Shown: positions 52,085-62,873 of the stretch, in pieces
Position numbering within the stretch: position 1 is the first letter of the stretch
Layout: every line of letters begins with the position of its first letter
Assembly (NCBI GenBank): GCA_031414775.1
Contig: JANOQI010000020.1
Location: forward strand, 1 to 62,873
Length of the DNA: 62,873 bases
Origin: Synechococcales cyanobacterium VAR_4_metabat_354
Lineage (GTDB): Bacteria > Cyanobacteriota > Cyanobacteriia > Cyanobacteriales > Chamaesiphonaceae
Reading direction: 5' to 3'
Notes under the pieces: generated by a model
Databases searched by the model: none
Told to the model about the DNA's origin: nothing
What the model saw: only the letters and a program-made list of their open reading frames with translations
Translations under genes and position numbers: made by a program

Positions 52085-52354
52085 TTGGGGTTTGATACGC
52101 TAGAATTAGGTCTAAAATTGGGGGCAAAGCAGGCATTGAATATCAATAAGCTCTGGAGTGGATCGGTAATCGGCATTGTTACCATCTGGGTTGTTGCTAT
52201 TGCCCTACTTTCTGTGCAAAATGCCACCTTGGTGTCGCTTAAGTTTTTGATCTGGCAGTCTGTTCCGTTACCGACTGGTTTGTTGTTAGCGATCGCTCTC
52301 GGTAGTGGCCTGTTGTTAGGCGGAGCTATACCTAGTTGGCAACGCCGCCGCTAA
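52085..52354 (+). CDS. LapA-family small membrane protein (start uncertain)
   Basis: ALLSVQNATLVSLKFL.WQS.PLP.G.LLA. Confidence 0.7.
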   Translation: MGFDTLELGLKLGAKQALNINKLWSGSVIGIVTIWVVAIALLSVQNATLVSLKFLIWQSVPLPTGLLLAIALGSGLLLGGAIPSWQRRR

Positions 52355-52356
52355 AA

Positions 52357-52380
52357 AAATCCTCCCCACCGGGAGGATTT
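52357..52380. terminator. bidirectional terminator between the lapA-like gene and ilvC
   Basis: AAATCCTCCC-cacc-GGGAGGATTT. Confidence 0.75.
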
Positions 52381-52390
52381 GGCACTTAAC

Positions 52391-53425
<1,035 letters not shown>

Positions 53426-53479
53426 TTATTTTAGCATTCTCTGGGATTCGATCGATCCTACTAGTTAGGAGCTTTTTGG

Positions 53480-53905
53480 CTACGACTCAGAATCTCGATC
53501 GATCACAGCATCAGTTGACTGCTCAGCCGCCGGAAATTCTTGCCGAATTTCAATCCAAGGTTGGGGAGGACTTGCCACTGTTGGCTCTAACGCTGGCGCA
53601 ATTGGTGATTTTTGGTAGTCGCTGACTGATAAAGAAGATGTTTGTTGATGAATATTAGTCAATTGCTGCCGGAGGCTAATATTTTGCCAAGCAAACCAGC
53701 TTATTAATAAAACACTCGCTGTCTGTCCCACCAATAAACCACCACTCAATTGGTTTGCTTCTACCCATAGAACCAAAGAATAAAACAAACCAACCCCACT
53801 CCAGAGCAGGTCATGTTTGCGATAAATTTCTGGGAATAAGAACGCCGCAAAGTACATCCCAACACTGCCAGTACCAACTAGAACAGATAGAAAATAGGCT
53901 AACAT
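53480..53905 (-). CDS. Ycf66-family protein
   Basis: MLAY.L...VG.GS, FPEIYRKHDLLWSGVGLFYSLVLW. Confidence 0.8.
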   Translation of the reverse strand: MLAYFLSVLVGTGSVGMYFAAFLFPEIYRKHDLLWSGVGLFYSLVLWVEANQLSGGLLVGQTASVLLISWFAWQNISLRQQLTNIHQQTSSLSVSDYQKSPIAPALEPTVASPPQPWIEIRQEFPAAEQSTDAVIDRDSES

Positions 53906-54023
53906 TTTCAAGCAATTTACAATTATGTAGCTATATAAATTAATGCCACCAAAGCCGAACAGATCATCAAAGCCTGTTTGCACTTTAGTGGCAACACTAT
54001 TCAAGCCAAATTATTTACTTCGA

Positions 54024-54383
54024 CTATGGTTTCTTAGTAGCTGATGGAGATGCATCGGGCTTACCATCAAGAGATTTTGGAGCATCACCCTTAGCACCAG
54101 GAGCCTTCATTGCATCGCCTTTAGGAGCTTTCATTGCATCACCTTTAGCATCAGGAGCCTTCATCGCATCAGGAGCTTTAGGAGCATCACTTGGCTTAGC
54201 ATCAGGAGCTTTCATCGCGTCGCCTTTAGCATCAGGTGCTGCGGACTCAGGAGCCTTAGGAGCGTCAACAGCACCGGGAGCTGTACCAGCAGGAGGAGTA
54301 GTGCCCGAATCGCAAGCAACTAGGCCAGTGCCTAAAGATAGACTTGCAACTACTAACAGTGCTTTCCAGTTTAAGTTCATCAT
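54024..54383 (-). CDS. low-complexity lipoprotein with PDAKGDAMKA repeats
   Basis: LVAC lipobox followed by Pro/Ala/Lys/Asp/Met repeats. Confidence 0.75.
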   Translation of the reverse strand: MMNLNWKALLVVASLSLGTGLVACDSGTTPPAGTAPGAVDAPKAPESAAPDAKGDAMKAPDAKPSDAPKAPDAMKAPDAKGDAMKAPKGDAMKAPGAKGDAPKSLDGKPDASPSATKKP

Positions 54384-54498
54384 AATTATTAATATCCTCA
54401 CACGTAGATTTGACCATGTACTGGCCGTTGGAGGAATTGTAACATTGTTTGAATGATATTGTTGAGGTCGGTAAACACTAATCTCTAATTCCTAATTT

Positions 54499-55356
54499 GT
54501 GCATTTTTCACCTTTATCTAACTTAGATTTGGCTACCGACATTTTGTCGATCGCTACTCAAATTGCTTGGGAATCTACCGATTTACTAAGGGCTTTTTAT
54601 CGCGGCAACGATCTACAGGTAATGGATAAGGCGGGAGAGCCAGTTACCAATGCTGACTTAGCGGTTAATCAACATATTCTCGATCAATTAAACCTCATCT
54701 TCGGCAATAGCTGCGGTTACTTGACCGAGGAATCCTACCAACAGCAGCAGGCGGCTCTAACAGAATCTTGGGTATGGATTATTGATCCGATCGATGGCAC
54801 CAAAGAATTTGTCAATAAAACTGGCGAATACGCTGTCCATATTGCGCTGGTCTATCAACAACGGCCAGTATTGGCAGTCGTGGCTTTACCGGAAGCCGAA
54901 AAAGTTTATCAAGCGGTACAAAATTGTGGTGCTCATGTAGTAGATCGCAGCGGTCTAAGACAAAAAATACAAGTCGATCGACAGACGCCACTCACCGATC
55001 TAACAGTAATCGCTAGTCGCAGCCATCGTTCTGCCGCCCTCGAAAAAATATTGAAGGGGTTGCCCTGCCAGCAGCAAGTACAGATCGGCAGTGTCGGTGG
55101 CAAAATAGCTGCCATTATTGAGCACCGAGCAGATGTCTATATTTCTCAATCAGCCACCTCTGCCCCCAAAGACTGGGACTTAGCCGCCCCGGAACTAATT
55201 TTGACCGAAGCTGGTGGCCAGTTTACCCACGCTAATGGTCAAGCACTCCGTTACAACCAAGCAGATATTAGCCAGTGGGGATGCTTGGTAGCCAGTAGCG
55301 GTCAATGGCATCAACAAATTTGCGCATCTTGCCTAACGGCAACTGCCGAAATCTAG
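54499..55356 (+). CDS. cysQ: 3'(2'),5'-bisphosphate nucleotidase CysQ / inositol monophosphatase family
   Basis: PVTNAD, TEE, WIIDPIDGTKEF, SRSH, WDLAA. Confidence 0.82.
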   Translation: MHFSPLSNLDLATDILSIATQIAWESTDLLRAFYRGNDLQVMDKAGEPVTNADLAVNQHILDQLNLIFGNSCGYLTEESYQQQQAALTESWVWIIDPIDGTKEFVNKTGEYAVHIALVYQQRPVLAVVALPEAEKVYQAVQNCGAHVVDRSGLRQKIQVDRQTPLTDLTVIASRSHRSAALEKILKGLPCQQQVQIGSVGGKIAAIIEHRADVYISQSATSAPKDWDLAAPELILTEAGGQFTHANGQALRYNQADISQWGCLVASSGQWHQQICASCLTATAEI

Positions 55357-55443
55357 CTCACCATGAACATTTATGAGAATTTAGACCCCGCCCTCTGGTA
55401 GACTGATGTCGAAATTAATATAAGTATGGAGTATATAAATTAA

Positions 55444-56481
55444 GTGGATAATTCACTAGGTTTAGAAATTATTGAAGTTGTGGAACAAGCCGCAATTGCT
55501 TCCGCCCGTTTAATGGGTAAAGGTGACAAAGATGAAGCCGATCGCGTAGCGGTAGAGGCCATGCGTGAGCGCATGAATAAAATCTACATGAGAGGCCGGA
55601 TCGTAATTGGCGAAGGCGAACGCGACAATGCTCCAATGCTCTACATTGGCGAAGAAGTAGGAATTTGTTCTCAGCCCAACGGGAAGGATCTTTGCAACCC
55701 GGATGAACTAGTGGAAATCGACATTGCTGTTGACCCCTGCGAAGGTACTAACCTCTGTGCTTATGGTCAACCTGGCTCGATGGCTGTTTTGGCAATTTCC
55801 GAAAAGGGCGGTTTATTTGCAGCTCCCGATTTCTACATGAAGAAGCTGGCTGCGCCACCAGCAGCTAAAGGCAAAGTAGACATTAATAAGTCTGCTACCG
55901 AAAACCTGAAGATTTTGTCGGAATGTTTGGATAGAGCGATCGATGAGCTAGTGGTAGTCGTCATGAAGCGCGAACGTCACAACGATTTGATTGCCGAAAT
56001 TCGGGCGGCTGGTGCGCGGGTAGCCTTGATTAGCGACGGTGACGTCGGTGCTGCTATTAATTGCGGTTTTGCTGGCACCAACATCCACGCTTTGATGGGT
56101 ATTGGTGCAGCTCCTGAAGGTGTCATCTCAGCAGCAGCTCTGCGTTGTATGGATGCTCACTTCCAAGGTCAGCTAATTTACGATCCAGCTGTTGTAAAAA
56201 CTGGTTTGATCGGCGAAAGCAAAGAAAAGAACATCGAGCGCTTGCTCTCGATGAATATCACTGACCCTGATAAGGTTTACACGGCACAAGAACTAGCCTG
56301 TGGTGAACATGTACTGTTTGCTGGTTGCGGTATTACTTCTGGTAACTTGATGAACGGTGTCCGTTTCTTCAAGGGTGGTGCTAGAACGGAGTCTTTGGTC
56401 ATCTCTAGCCAATCCAAAACTGCTCGCTTTGTAGATACTGTCCATATGACTGGTAATCCCAAGTCAGTTCAAGTGCGCTAA
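55444..56481 (+). CDS. glpX: fructose-1,6-/sedoheptulose-1,7-bisphosphatase
   Basis: [36 protein letters not shown]. Confidence 0.96.
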   Translation: MDNSLGLEIIEVVEQAAIASARLMGKGDKDEADRVAVEAMRERMNKIYMRGRIVIGEGERDNAPMLYIGEEVGICSQPNGKDLCNPDELVEIDIAVDPCEGTNLCAYGQPGSMAVLAISEKGGLFAAPDFYMKKLAAPPAAKGKVDINKSATENLKILSECLDRAIDELVVVVMKRERHNDLIAEIRAAGARVALISDGDVGAAINCGFAGTNIHALMGIGAAPEGVISAAALRCMDAHFQGQLIYDPAVVKTGLIGESKEKNIERLLSMNITDPDKVYTAQELACGEHVLFAGCGITSGNLMNGVRFFKGGARTESLVISSQSKTARFVDTVHMTGNPKSVQVR

Positions 56482-56496
56482 GCTTTAGCTCTCTTC

Positions 56497-56532
56497 GCCT
56501 CTCTGCGGTTTATAGTTAAACAGCAGGGAGGC
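56497..56532 (+). terminator. terminator after glpX
   Basis: GCCTCTCTGC...GCAGGGAGGC followed by ATTGTTTT. Confidence 0.6.
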
Positions 56533-56703
56533 ATTGTTTTGGTTAGACTTTTCATTAAGTATTCTTAAAAAGTGCCCTCGGCGGTTTACAAGCACAGCTA
56601 ATTCCTCAGAGAATGTAATCCGTTTATAAAAAGATTATTGAGGCTGGACTACTGGCCATTTTTTTGATTATTAACATATTAAATTTCTAGGATACGGAGC
56701 ACT

Positions 56704-57993
56704 ATGAATATTGTTGTGATCGGCTTGAGCCACAAAACCGCGCCAGTAGAAGTGCGGGAAAAGCTGAGTATCCCGGAACCGCAGTTCGAAGCCGCCATGA
56801 AGTCTTTACAAAATTGCGCTCACATTGCGGAAGTCGCGATCTTGAGTACCTGTAACCGTCTGGAGATATATGTAGTAGTTACGGAAACAGAATTAGGCAT
56901 CCGCGAAGTCAGTCAGTTCTTAACCGATTATGGTCAACTGTCGATCGCCGACCTGCGCCATCATTTATTTGTATTACTTCAAGAGGATGCCGTTATGCAC
57001 CTGATGCGGGTAGCATCTGGCCTCGATAGCTTGGTTTTGGGCGAAGGCCAGATTTTGGCACAGGTTAAAACTACCCACAAGCTAGGTCAACAATATTTGG
57101 GCATTGGCTCGATCTTGAATCGATTATTTAAGCAAGCTTTAACTGCTGGCAAACGGGTGCGCACCGAAACTAGTATTGGCACGGGGGCGGTATCGATTAG
57201 CTCGGCAGCGGTGGAGCTAGCCCAATGGAAAGTTAGCAGTCTCGCTACTCAGCAAATCACCATTTTAGGTGCGGGTAAGATGTCGCGGCTGTTGGTACAG
57301 CATTTGATTTCTAAAGGGGCAGTTGATGTCACGGTGATCAATCGATCGGCTAAACGTGCTGAAGATTTGAAAAAGATCTTTCCCGAAATCGAGCTAAAGC
57401 TAGAACCACTGACTAATATGCTGTCGGTAGTAGGTAAGTCTTCAATGGTCTTTACCAGTACGGCTTCTAATGACCCACTGATCGATAGGTCTAATCTCGC
57501 TAGTGTGTTAGAAGAACGATCTTTAATGATCTTTGACATCTCGGTGCCCCGGAATGTCCATTCCAACGTTAATGAGTTGAATAATGTTCAAGCCTTTAAC
57601 GTCGATGATTTGAAGGCAGTAGTCGCCCAAAACCAGGAAAGCCGCCGCCAGATGGCGATGGAAGCTGAAGTATTATTGGATGAAGAATTGGACAGTTTTA
57701 CCAACTGGTGGCGATCGCTCGAAACTGTTCCGACCATCAACGGCCTACGGGACAAGATGGAGAATATTCGTGTCCAAGAATTAGAAAAAGCTTTGTCGCG
57801 GTTAGGTTCAGAATTTGCCGGACGGCACCAAGAAGTGATTGAAGCGCTAACCAAGGGCATTGTGAACAAGATTCTCCATGACCCGATGGTACAACTGCGG
57901 GCGCAACAGGATATTGAAGCCAGGCAGCAAGCGATGGCAGCTCTCCAAACCCTGTTTAACTTAGAGCAGATTCAGTCTAATACTTCGGGCTAG
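56704..57993 (+). CDS. hemA: glutamyl-tRNA reductase
   Basis: [38 protein letters not shown]. Confidence 0.96.
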   Translation: MNIVVIGLSHKTAPVEVREKLSIPEPQFEAAMKSLQNCAHIAEVAILSTCNRLEIYVVVTETELGIREVSQFLTDYGQLSIADLRHHLFVLLQEDAVMHLMRVASGLDSLVLGEGQILAQVKTTHKLGQQYLGIGSILNRLFKQALTAGKRVRTETSIGTGAVSISSAAVELAQWKVSSLATQQITILGAGKMSRLLVQHLISKGAVDVTVINRSAKRAEDLKKIFPEIELKLEPLTNMLSVVGKSSMVFTSTASNDPLIDRSNLASVLEERSLMIFDISVPRNVHSNVNELNNVQAFNVDDLKAVVAQNQESRRQMAMEAEVLLDEELDSFTNWWRSLETVPTINGLRDKMENIRVQELEKALSRLGSEFAGRHQEVIEALTKGIVNKILHDPMVQLRAQQDIEARQQAMAALQTLFNLEQIQSNTSG

Positions 57994-58002
57994 AGCGTAT
58001 TT

Positions 58003-58785
58003 TTGTTGAGTTATCACATTGCTCGGTACGGCCAACCAGCGTTACCGGTCATCTTATTCCTGCATGGATTTATGGGCAGCAGTAATGATTGGTGGCCATT
58101 GTTGAAACAGTTATCTGAACATTTTCACTGCATCTGCGTGGACTTGCCCGGTCATGGCCAGACGATAGCGCCAGACTACGATATCCCCAATACCGCCCAC
58201 AGATTGGTGGAATTACTGGAGAATTTGTCGATCGATCGACCCTGCCATTTATTTGGCTATTCCTTAGGCGGTCGAATTGCCCTGTACTTAACACTGCACT
58301 ATCCTCAGTACTGGCGCAAGGTGGCTTTGGAATCAGCCGGTGCTGGACTAGCCACCCTAGCAGCACGGCAAGAGCGGCAACGACAGGATCAGGCAATCGC
58401 CCATAAACTGCGTCAACCAAATTTAGATTTTGCTGAATTTATTGATCACTGGTATCAACAATCAGTTTTTCAGGGAATGAATACTCAGCCCAGTTTCCCT
58501 GCTCTCGTCGCCCAGCGACTCCAGAATCAACCCATAGCATTAGCCCAATCCTTGGAAAATGCTGGGTTGGGTAGCCAGCCCTATTTAGGTCAGATGTTGA
58601 TCAATAACCAGGTTCCCCTACTATTGCTGGCGGGAGAGAACGACGATAAGTTCGTGGCCATTAATCAAGAAATGGCTGCTAGTTGCCCAGCCGCTGAGTT
58701 ATTAATTCTGGCGGATTGTGGCCATAACATTCATTGGCAACAACCCCAGCGGTGGAGCCAGGTGGTACAAGACTGGTTTAGCTAA
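58003..58785 (+). CDS. menH: SHCHC synthase (alpha/beta hydrolase)
   Basis: LHGFMGS, DLPGHG, GYSLGGR, GENDDKF, GHNIH. Confidence 0.85.
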   Translation: MLSYHIARYGQPALPVILFLHGFMGSSNDWWPLLKQLSEHFHCICVDLPGHGQTIAPDYDIPNTAHRLVELLENLSIDRPCHLFGYSLGGRIALYLTLHYPQYWRKVALESAGAGLATLAARQERQRQDQAIAHKLRQPNLDFAEFIDHWYQQSVFQGMNTQPSFPALVAQRLQNQPIALAQSLENAGLGSQPYLGQMLINNQVPLLLLAGENDDKFVAINQEMAASCPAAELLILADCGHNIHWQQPQRWSQVVQDWFS

Positions 58786-59800
58786 TGTCATCACCGCGAA
58801 AGTTGGGCGGCAGTAGCACCGTAGCATTATTGGCCGCCGCCGCTTTACAGGCATTAGCGATCCGTAAGCTATATAAACTAGCTGAAGGAGTGACATAATT
58901 AGGCTTGCCATCCAAGAAATTATCCAGGGCATAAGTGAGGTCTTGGGCAAACATGCCGGTGCGCGAACCCAGTTCGATCGACATCTTTTCGGTACCGACA
59001 ATTAAGGTGCCTTGGTTACCATCAAAAATCATCGCGCCCTGGTCGCCGTGCACTTCAAACTTGCGCGCGGCTGACCATAGGTTTTCGCCTTTGCCGTAAG
59101 CTACTTCGGCAAACAAGCCATTGGCAAAAGTCAATTGGGCGGTACAAAATACCGTTTTAAAGTAATCTTCGTCATCTGTGCCCCAATAATTCTCATGACA
59201 ATTCACTCGATCGATCGTCCCAAATAGATCAGTAAAACGATGTAATCGAGAAAGTGCTGCCACCAAGGGAAAGCCAAATTGTTGACGATGGTAAGACCAC
59301 TTGCGGGGTGCCTCAGCTTGCGGCGTAATGGTGGCATAGCGGGCATATTGCGGAGTCCCAATTTTGTCCAGCCATTCCCGCATAGTTTGATGCAACGAAC
59401 CCAATAATTCAATGTGTTCGATATGCAAAAAAAGTTGGCGGTTGGCCGCCATGAAAATAATTTCTTGGGCTTCCTGCGGATCTAGAGAAAGAGGATATTC
59501 CACAATGACATGCCGGACACTCTCGATCGCTGCCTTAGCAATTTGGCCATGATCGTGATTAGCATTGCAAATCATCACCAGATCGACATCAGACATATGC
59601 AGCAATTCTTCCCAGTTCTGGGCTGCCCGAATATTAAATTCGGTAGCAAACTCCTGCGCTCGTTCTGGGCTACTACTCGCTACGACAACTAACTGGGCAC
59701 GGCTCTCCGCTTGCAGTGCTTGCGCTCGCATTTTGGCGGCAAAACCAGTCCCGACTAAGCCGATACGTACTGGTTGAGAAATGGCTCTGTAAAGACTCAC
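58778..59800 (-). CDS. bvdR: biliverdin reductase (Gfo/Idh/MocA family)
   Basis: VGTGFAA, VEYPL, HIEHIELL, GFPLVAALSR. Confidence 0.8.
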   Translation of the reverse strand: MSLYRAISQPVRIGLVGTGFAAKMRAQALQAESRAQLVVVASSSPERAQEFATEFNIRAAQNWEELLHMSDVDLVMICNANHDHGQIAKAAIESVRHVIVEYPLSLDPQEAQEIIFMAANRQLFLHIEHIELLGSLHQTMREWLDKIGTPQYARYATITPQAEAPRKWSYHRQQFGFPLVAALSRLHRFTDLFGTIDRVNCHENYWGTDDEDYFKTVFCTAQLTFANGLFAEVAYGKGENLWSAARKFEVHGDQGAMIFDGNQGTLIVGTEKMSIELGSRTGMFAQDLTYALDNFLDGKPNYVTPSASLYSLRIANACKAAAANNATVLLPPNFRGDDIS

Positions 59801-59994
59801 GTTAAATCTTGGATGAGGTGGCTAGCAGTCTATCTTCGCAGATTTTGGAGTTACTTAATTGCTAGGTTTGTTTTTCTTCTCAGATAACTTTTTTCGTCGA
59901 ACAAATTTAATCTATCCTATCGGGTGTGGTAGGATATTTTTCTAGAAGTGGCATACTCCATTGCGTTGAACATTGCTGGAGTGTATTTATAAAG

Positions 59995-60426
59995 ATGAAA
60001 AAAATTCAAAAACTCATGCACCTTGCCCCCAGTGAGCGTTATCTACTGGTAAAAGCATTTTTACTGCTTAACTCTGTTCGGATCGGGTTTCTGTTTCTTA
60101 AATTCCCACCGCTCCAAAGAATATTAGGCAAAATTGGTAAAGCTCCTGCCCACAGATCCGCTGAATCAGTAATCTCGATCGATCGAATTGTTTGGGCGGT
60201 AGATACAAGTACCAGGTTCAGTCCCGGTGATGCCAAATGCTTAGCCAGAGCTTTGACTACCCAAACCCTCATGCAGCAGCAAGGATACGATTCCCAGTTA
60301 CGAATTGGTGTAATTCACCAACCGACAGAAGAGTTTCAAGCTCATGCTTGGATTGAGTACCAAGGAAAAATTGTGGTGGGAATGTTACCTGATCTGGAAA
60401 AATATAATACGTTACATCCGGTTTAA
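59995..60426 (+). CDS. lasso peptide leader peptidase (B2 protein)
   Basis: CLARAL...LRIGV...AHAWIE (Cys-His catalytic pattern). Confidence 0.88.
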   Translation: MKKIQKLMHLAPSERYLLVKAFLLLNSVRIGFLFLKFPPLQRILGKIGKAPAHRSAESVISIDRIVWAVDTSTRFSPGDAKCLARALTTQTLMQQQGYDSQLRIGVIHQPTEEFQAHAWIEYQGKIVVGMLPDLEKYNTLHPV

Positions 60427-60467
60427 AGCTGTCTATAATCCGTTCATTCATATCCAAAGGTTAATCA

Positions 60468-60773
60468 ATGTCTGTCCCCGAATCACCAGCACATTCCTTA
60501 CTTCAGAATTCCTATCAAGCCGGAGCCGACATTTTATTTCGGCAGGTAGAAGATGAAGCAGTCTTACTCCATGTTCCTTCGGGCACTTACTACGGGTTAA
60601 GCACCACCGGCATTCTATTATGGGAAGCGATCCAAAATAAACAACCTCTGACATCAGTAGCCGATGCCATTGTGGCGGAGTACGAAGTTGAAAGGTCGCA
60701 AGTACTTGATGATCTAGAGGTATTACTCCAAAACCTGCTCGATAATGGGTTAGTCGTTAAAACCGATGTCTAG
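60468..60773 (+). CDS. PqqD/RRE lasso B1 protein
   Basis: VEDEAVLL...G.YYGL..TG..LWE.I...EYEV. Confidence 0.88.
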   Translation: MSVPESPAHSLLQNSYQAGADILFRQVEDEAVLLHVPSGTYYGLSTTGILLWEAIQNKQPLTSVADAIVAEYEVERSQVLDDLEVLLQNLLDNGLVVKTDV

Positions 60774-60827
60774 CAACAATCCAAGTTTTAGGCTAAAGTT
60801 GCTCGGTTCTAGCGTAGTTGGATATAA

Positions 60828-62684
60828 ATGAGTGGTATTTTAGGCGTTTGGAATAGTCAAGAACCCGCCCCTTGGCAACAAATGCTCCAGGATTTGCAAG
60901 TATTGGGACCCAATGGTGCCGGAGATTGGCATGGCCTGCATGGTCAACTGAGTCTAGGGCGCACTCAGTTTTTTGATACCCCGGCATCCTGCTCTGAACC
61001 ACCAGTAATTGAATATGCAGGATGTGTCTTAGTCTGGGAAGGCCGAATTGACGATCGAGATACTTTACTGACGGGGCATTCTCTACCAAAAACCGATGGC
61101 CAGCTTTTGATTGAAAGCTATCGACGCTGGGGTATTGACTGTATCGATCGATTAGTCGGTGAGTTTGCTTTTATTTTATGGGATGCCGCCCATGATTTGT
61201 TACTAGTTGGCTGCGACCCAGTGGGCAACCGTACCGTCGCCTATAGTTGGGATGGACAGACTCTTCTGGTATCTTCGCGGGTATTGACGTTGTTACTTCA
61301 TCCGCAAGTCAGCCCGGAGCTAGATCCGCTCTATCTCGCCCACACTCTCAGTAGTTTGAATGGTCACGAGCCAGGGAGCACGCCTTTTCAAGATATTAAG
61401 CGATTACTGCCCGGTGCTGCTTTGATCCTGAAAGCAGGTCAGTTTCAAACCCGGCAAATTACCCAATTAAATTCTCCTCAGCATTACGGCACCTCGCGAT
61501 CGGCACAGGACTACTACGATGAATTCTGGGATCTGCTGAATAAGTCGGTCAAAGATCGGTTGCGTACTGTGCATCGATCCTGCACCACCCTCAGCGGCGG
61601 GCTAGATTCTACGACCGTGACTGTTTCTTTGCTCCATCAGCTGCCGCACATCGATGCCTTCTCGACCGTGACAGATATCTATCCAGAATTTGATGAGCGG
61701 GAATCGATCGAGACCTTTTTGCAAAAATATCCCCAAACCCAGTGGCATCCCGTCAACTCCGATCATGCTTGGTCTTTAAGTGAATCTTGGGAAAAATTGC
61801 CCGTCACCGATGACCCGCTGATTACTTGCACCTTAGCCATGAATATTCATTTGATGGAGCAAATTCAGCAGCAAGGATTTGGTCTAATTTTTGATGGCGA
61901 ATGGGGCGATGAGATCTGTGCGATCGATTTCCCTGATCTAATTAATTCCCGTCAGTGGAAGTCGATCCAGCATTACATGGAACAACAAGAACGCAGCTGG
62001 CGATCGATCCTGTGGCGAGAATTCGTTTTGCCGCGTTTGTCGGCTGATTGGCAACGGCGATATTTTGGCTGGCGGCAACCAGCGACCTTACCAGCCTGGA
62101 TTACCTCGGACTATGCTGAATCCAGCCAGATGCAAACGGTGATCGATCGCAGCTACCAATCAAATATTTCGACTGGGTTAACCGAAAATATATCCTGGGC
62201 AATGTCCTCTGGCTTCTCTGTAGCCAATATGCAATCCTATGCCTTAATAAATGCATCTCATCAATTACAAGCGACTTCTCCCCTCCAAGATCGACGGTTG
62301 ATTAAATTTATGGTTAACCTCCCACCGGAGTTACAAATCGATTCAACCCACGAGAAAATCTTTTTACGTCAAGCCAACCAAAACTACTTACCACCCCAAA
62401 TTCAGTGGCGACCCAAAGACAACTATTTTGACCCGATGAAATATGCTGGTATTGGCCAAGGGCAACCAGCTTTAGAAATGTTAGCAAAGCTCCAGCATCC
62501 GGACTGTTTGACCGAACTAATCGATGTGTCACAAGTGGAAAAAGTATTGCTGGACTATCGAACAGGCTATGCTCACGGCTATCGCCCTGGTCATCCTTAT
62601 CGCAACAATGAAGCTAATCAGCTACACGACTTATTTACTTTTGTAAATTGGCATCAAAGATTGAGCAGCCAATACAGGTTGTAG
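60828..62684 (+). CDS. lasso cyclase (asparagine synthetase-like C protein)
   Basis: MSGI (Cys1 replaced by Ser), GEFAFILWD, LSGGLDS, GEWGDE, P.QDRRL, WRPK. Confidence 0.85.
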   Translation: MSGILGVWNSQEPAPWQQMLQDLQVLGPNGAGDWHGLHGQLSLGRTQFFDTPASCSEPPVIEYAGCVLVWEGRIDDRDTLLTGHSLPKTDGQLLIESYRRWGIDCIDRLVGEFAFILWDAAHDLLLVGCDPVGNRTVAYSWDGQTLLVSSRVLTLLLHPQVSPELDPLYLAHTLSSLNGHEPGSTPFQDIKRLLPGAALILKAGQFQTRQITQLNSPQHYGTSRSAQDYYDEFWDLLNKSVKDRLRTVHRSCTTLSGGLDSTTVTVSLLHQLPHIDAFSTVTDIYPEFDERESIETFLQKYPQTQWHPVNSDHAWSLSESWEKLPVTDDPLITCTLAMNIHLMEQIQQQGFGLIFDGEWGDEICAIDFPDLINSRQWKSIQHYMEQQERSWRSILWREFVLPRLSADWQRRYFGWRQPATLPAWITSDYAESSQMQTVIDRSYQSNISTGLTENISWAMSSGFSVANMQSYALINASHQLQATSPLQDRRLIKFMVNLPPELQIDSTHEKIFLRQANQNYLPPQIQWRPKDNYFDPMKYAGIGQGQPALEMLAKLQHPDCLTELIDVSQVEKVLLDYRTGYAHGYRPGHPYRNNEANQLHDLFTFVNWHQRLSSQYRL

Positions 62685-62732
62685 CGGTAAGTTATACCTA
62701 ATAATTGATATCATTCATTTTTGTATGCTATT

Positions 62733-62873
62733 ATAACCTGAGTTCGGGTTAAACAGAAGCCAGTAAATTGTGTTCCATAGCGATTCCTGGCTTCTTAGGT
62801 TGATGACAATAAGCAATCAATCCACAGAGAATGTTGACAAAGCAATTAACTGGAGAGCGATGCCGGGAATGTT
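62733..62873 (+). mobile_element. possible IS left end and start of an ORF running off the window
   Basis: AACCTGAGTTCGGG resembles cyanobacterial IS termini as I recall them; open frame from ATG 62803 ([23 protein letters not shown]...). Confidence 0.25.

Noticed and set aside
59813..59887. 24-aa ORF MRWLAVYLRRFWSYLIARFVFLLR as lasso precursor
   Set aside because: No YxxP leader, no penultimate Thr and no Asp/Glu acceptor for the macrolactam.

Overview
This 62.9 kb window is cyanobacterial chromosome: it carries ntcA, psb27, ftrV, crtP/crtB, glpX and bvdR, and has dense CGATCG/HIP1-type sites. Most of it is housekeeping backbone, with several accessory patches. (1) At the left edge, the end of an IS66-family element has cut off the start of an Rpn/DUF2887 gene. 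(2) Three tandem type IV pilin genes, each with a SigF-type GGGTAAG box, are followed by two SPINDLY/OGT-like (GT41) glycosyltransferases. (3) A ~3.5 kb AT-rich islet between gldG and crtB holds three two-gene modules: a broken Fic toxin-antitoxin pair, a translationally coupled J-domain protein plus an HNH nuclease with two tandem putative DNA-binding repeats (the best candidate for an undescribed system), and a small protein plus HNH pair. (4) An ABC/AAA ATPase plus TOPRIM-like pair and a foreign-looking glycosyltransferase sit at 22.8-26.2 kb. (5) A lasso-peptide B2-B1-C cluster at the right edge has no visible precursor. Two of the accessory patches are bordered by diverged copies of the 3' ends of Gld-type ABC transporter genes, which look like recombination scars. 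Two small conserved-looking ORFs are missing from the ORF track. I found no rRNA, tRNA or CRISPR array. All assignments come from motif recognition by eye; no searches were run.
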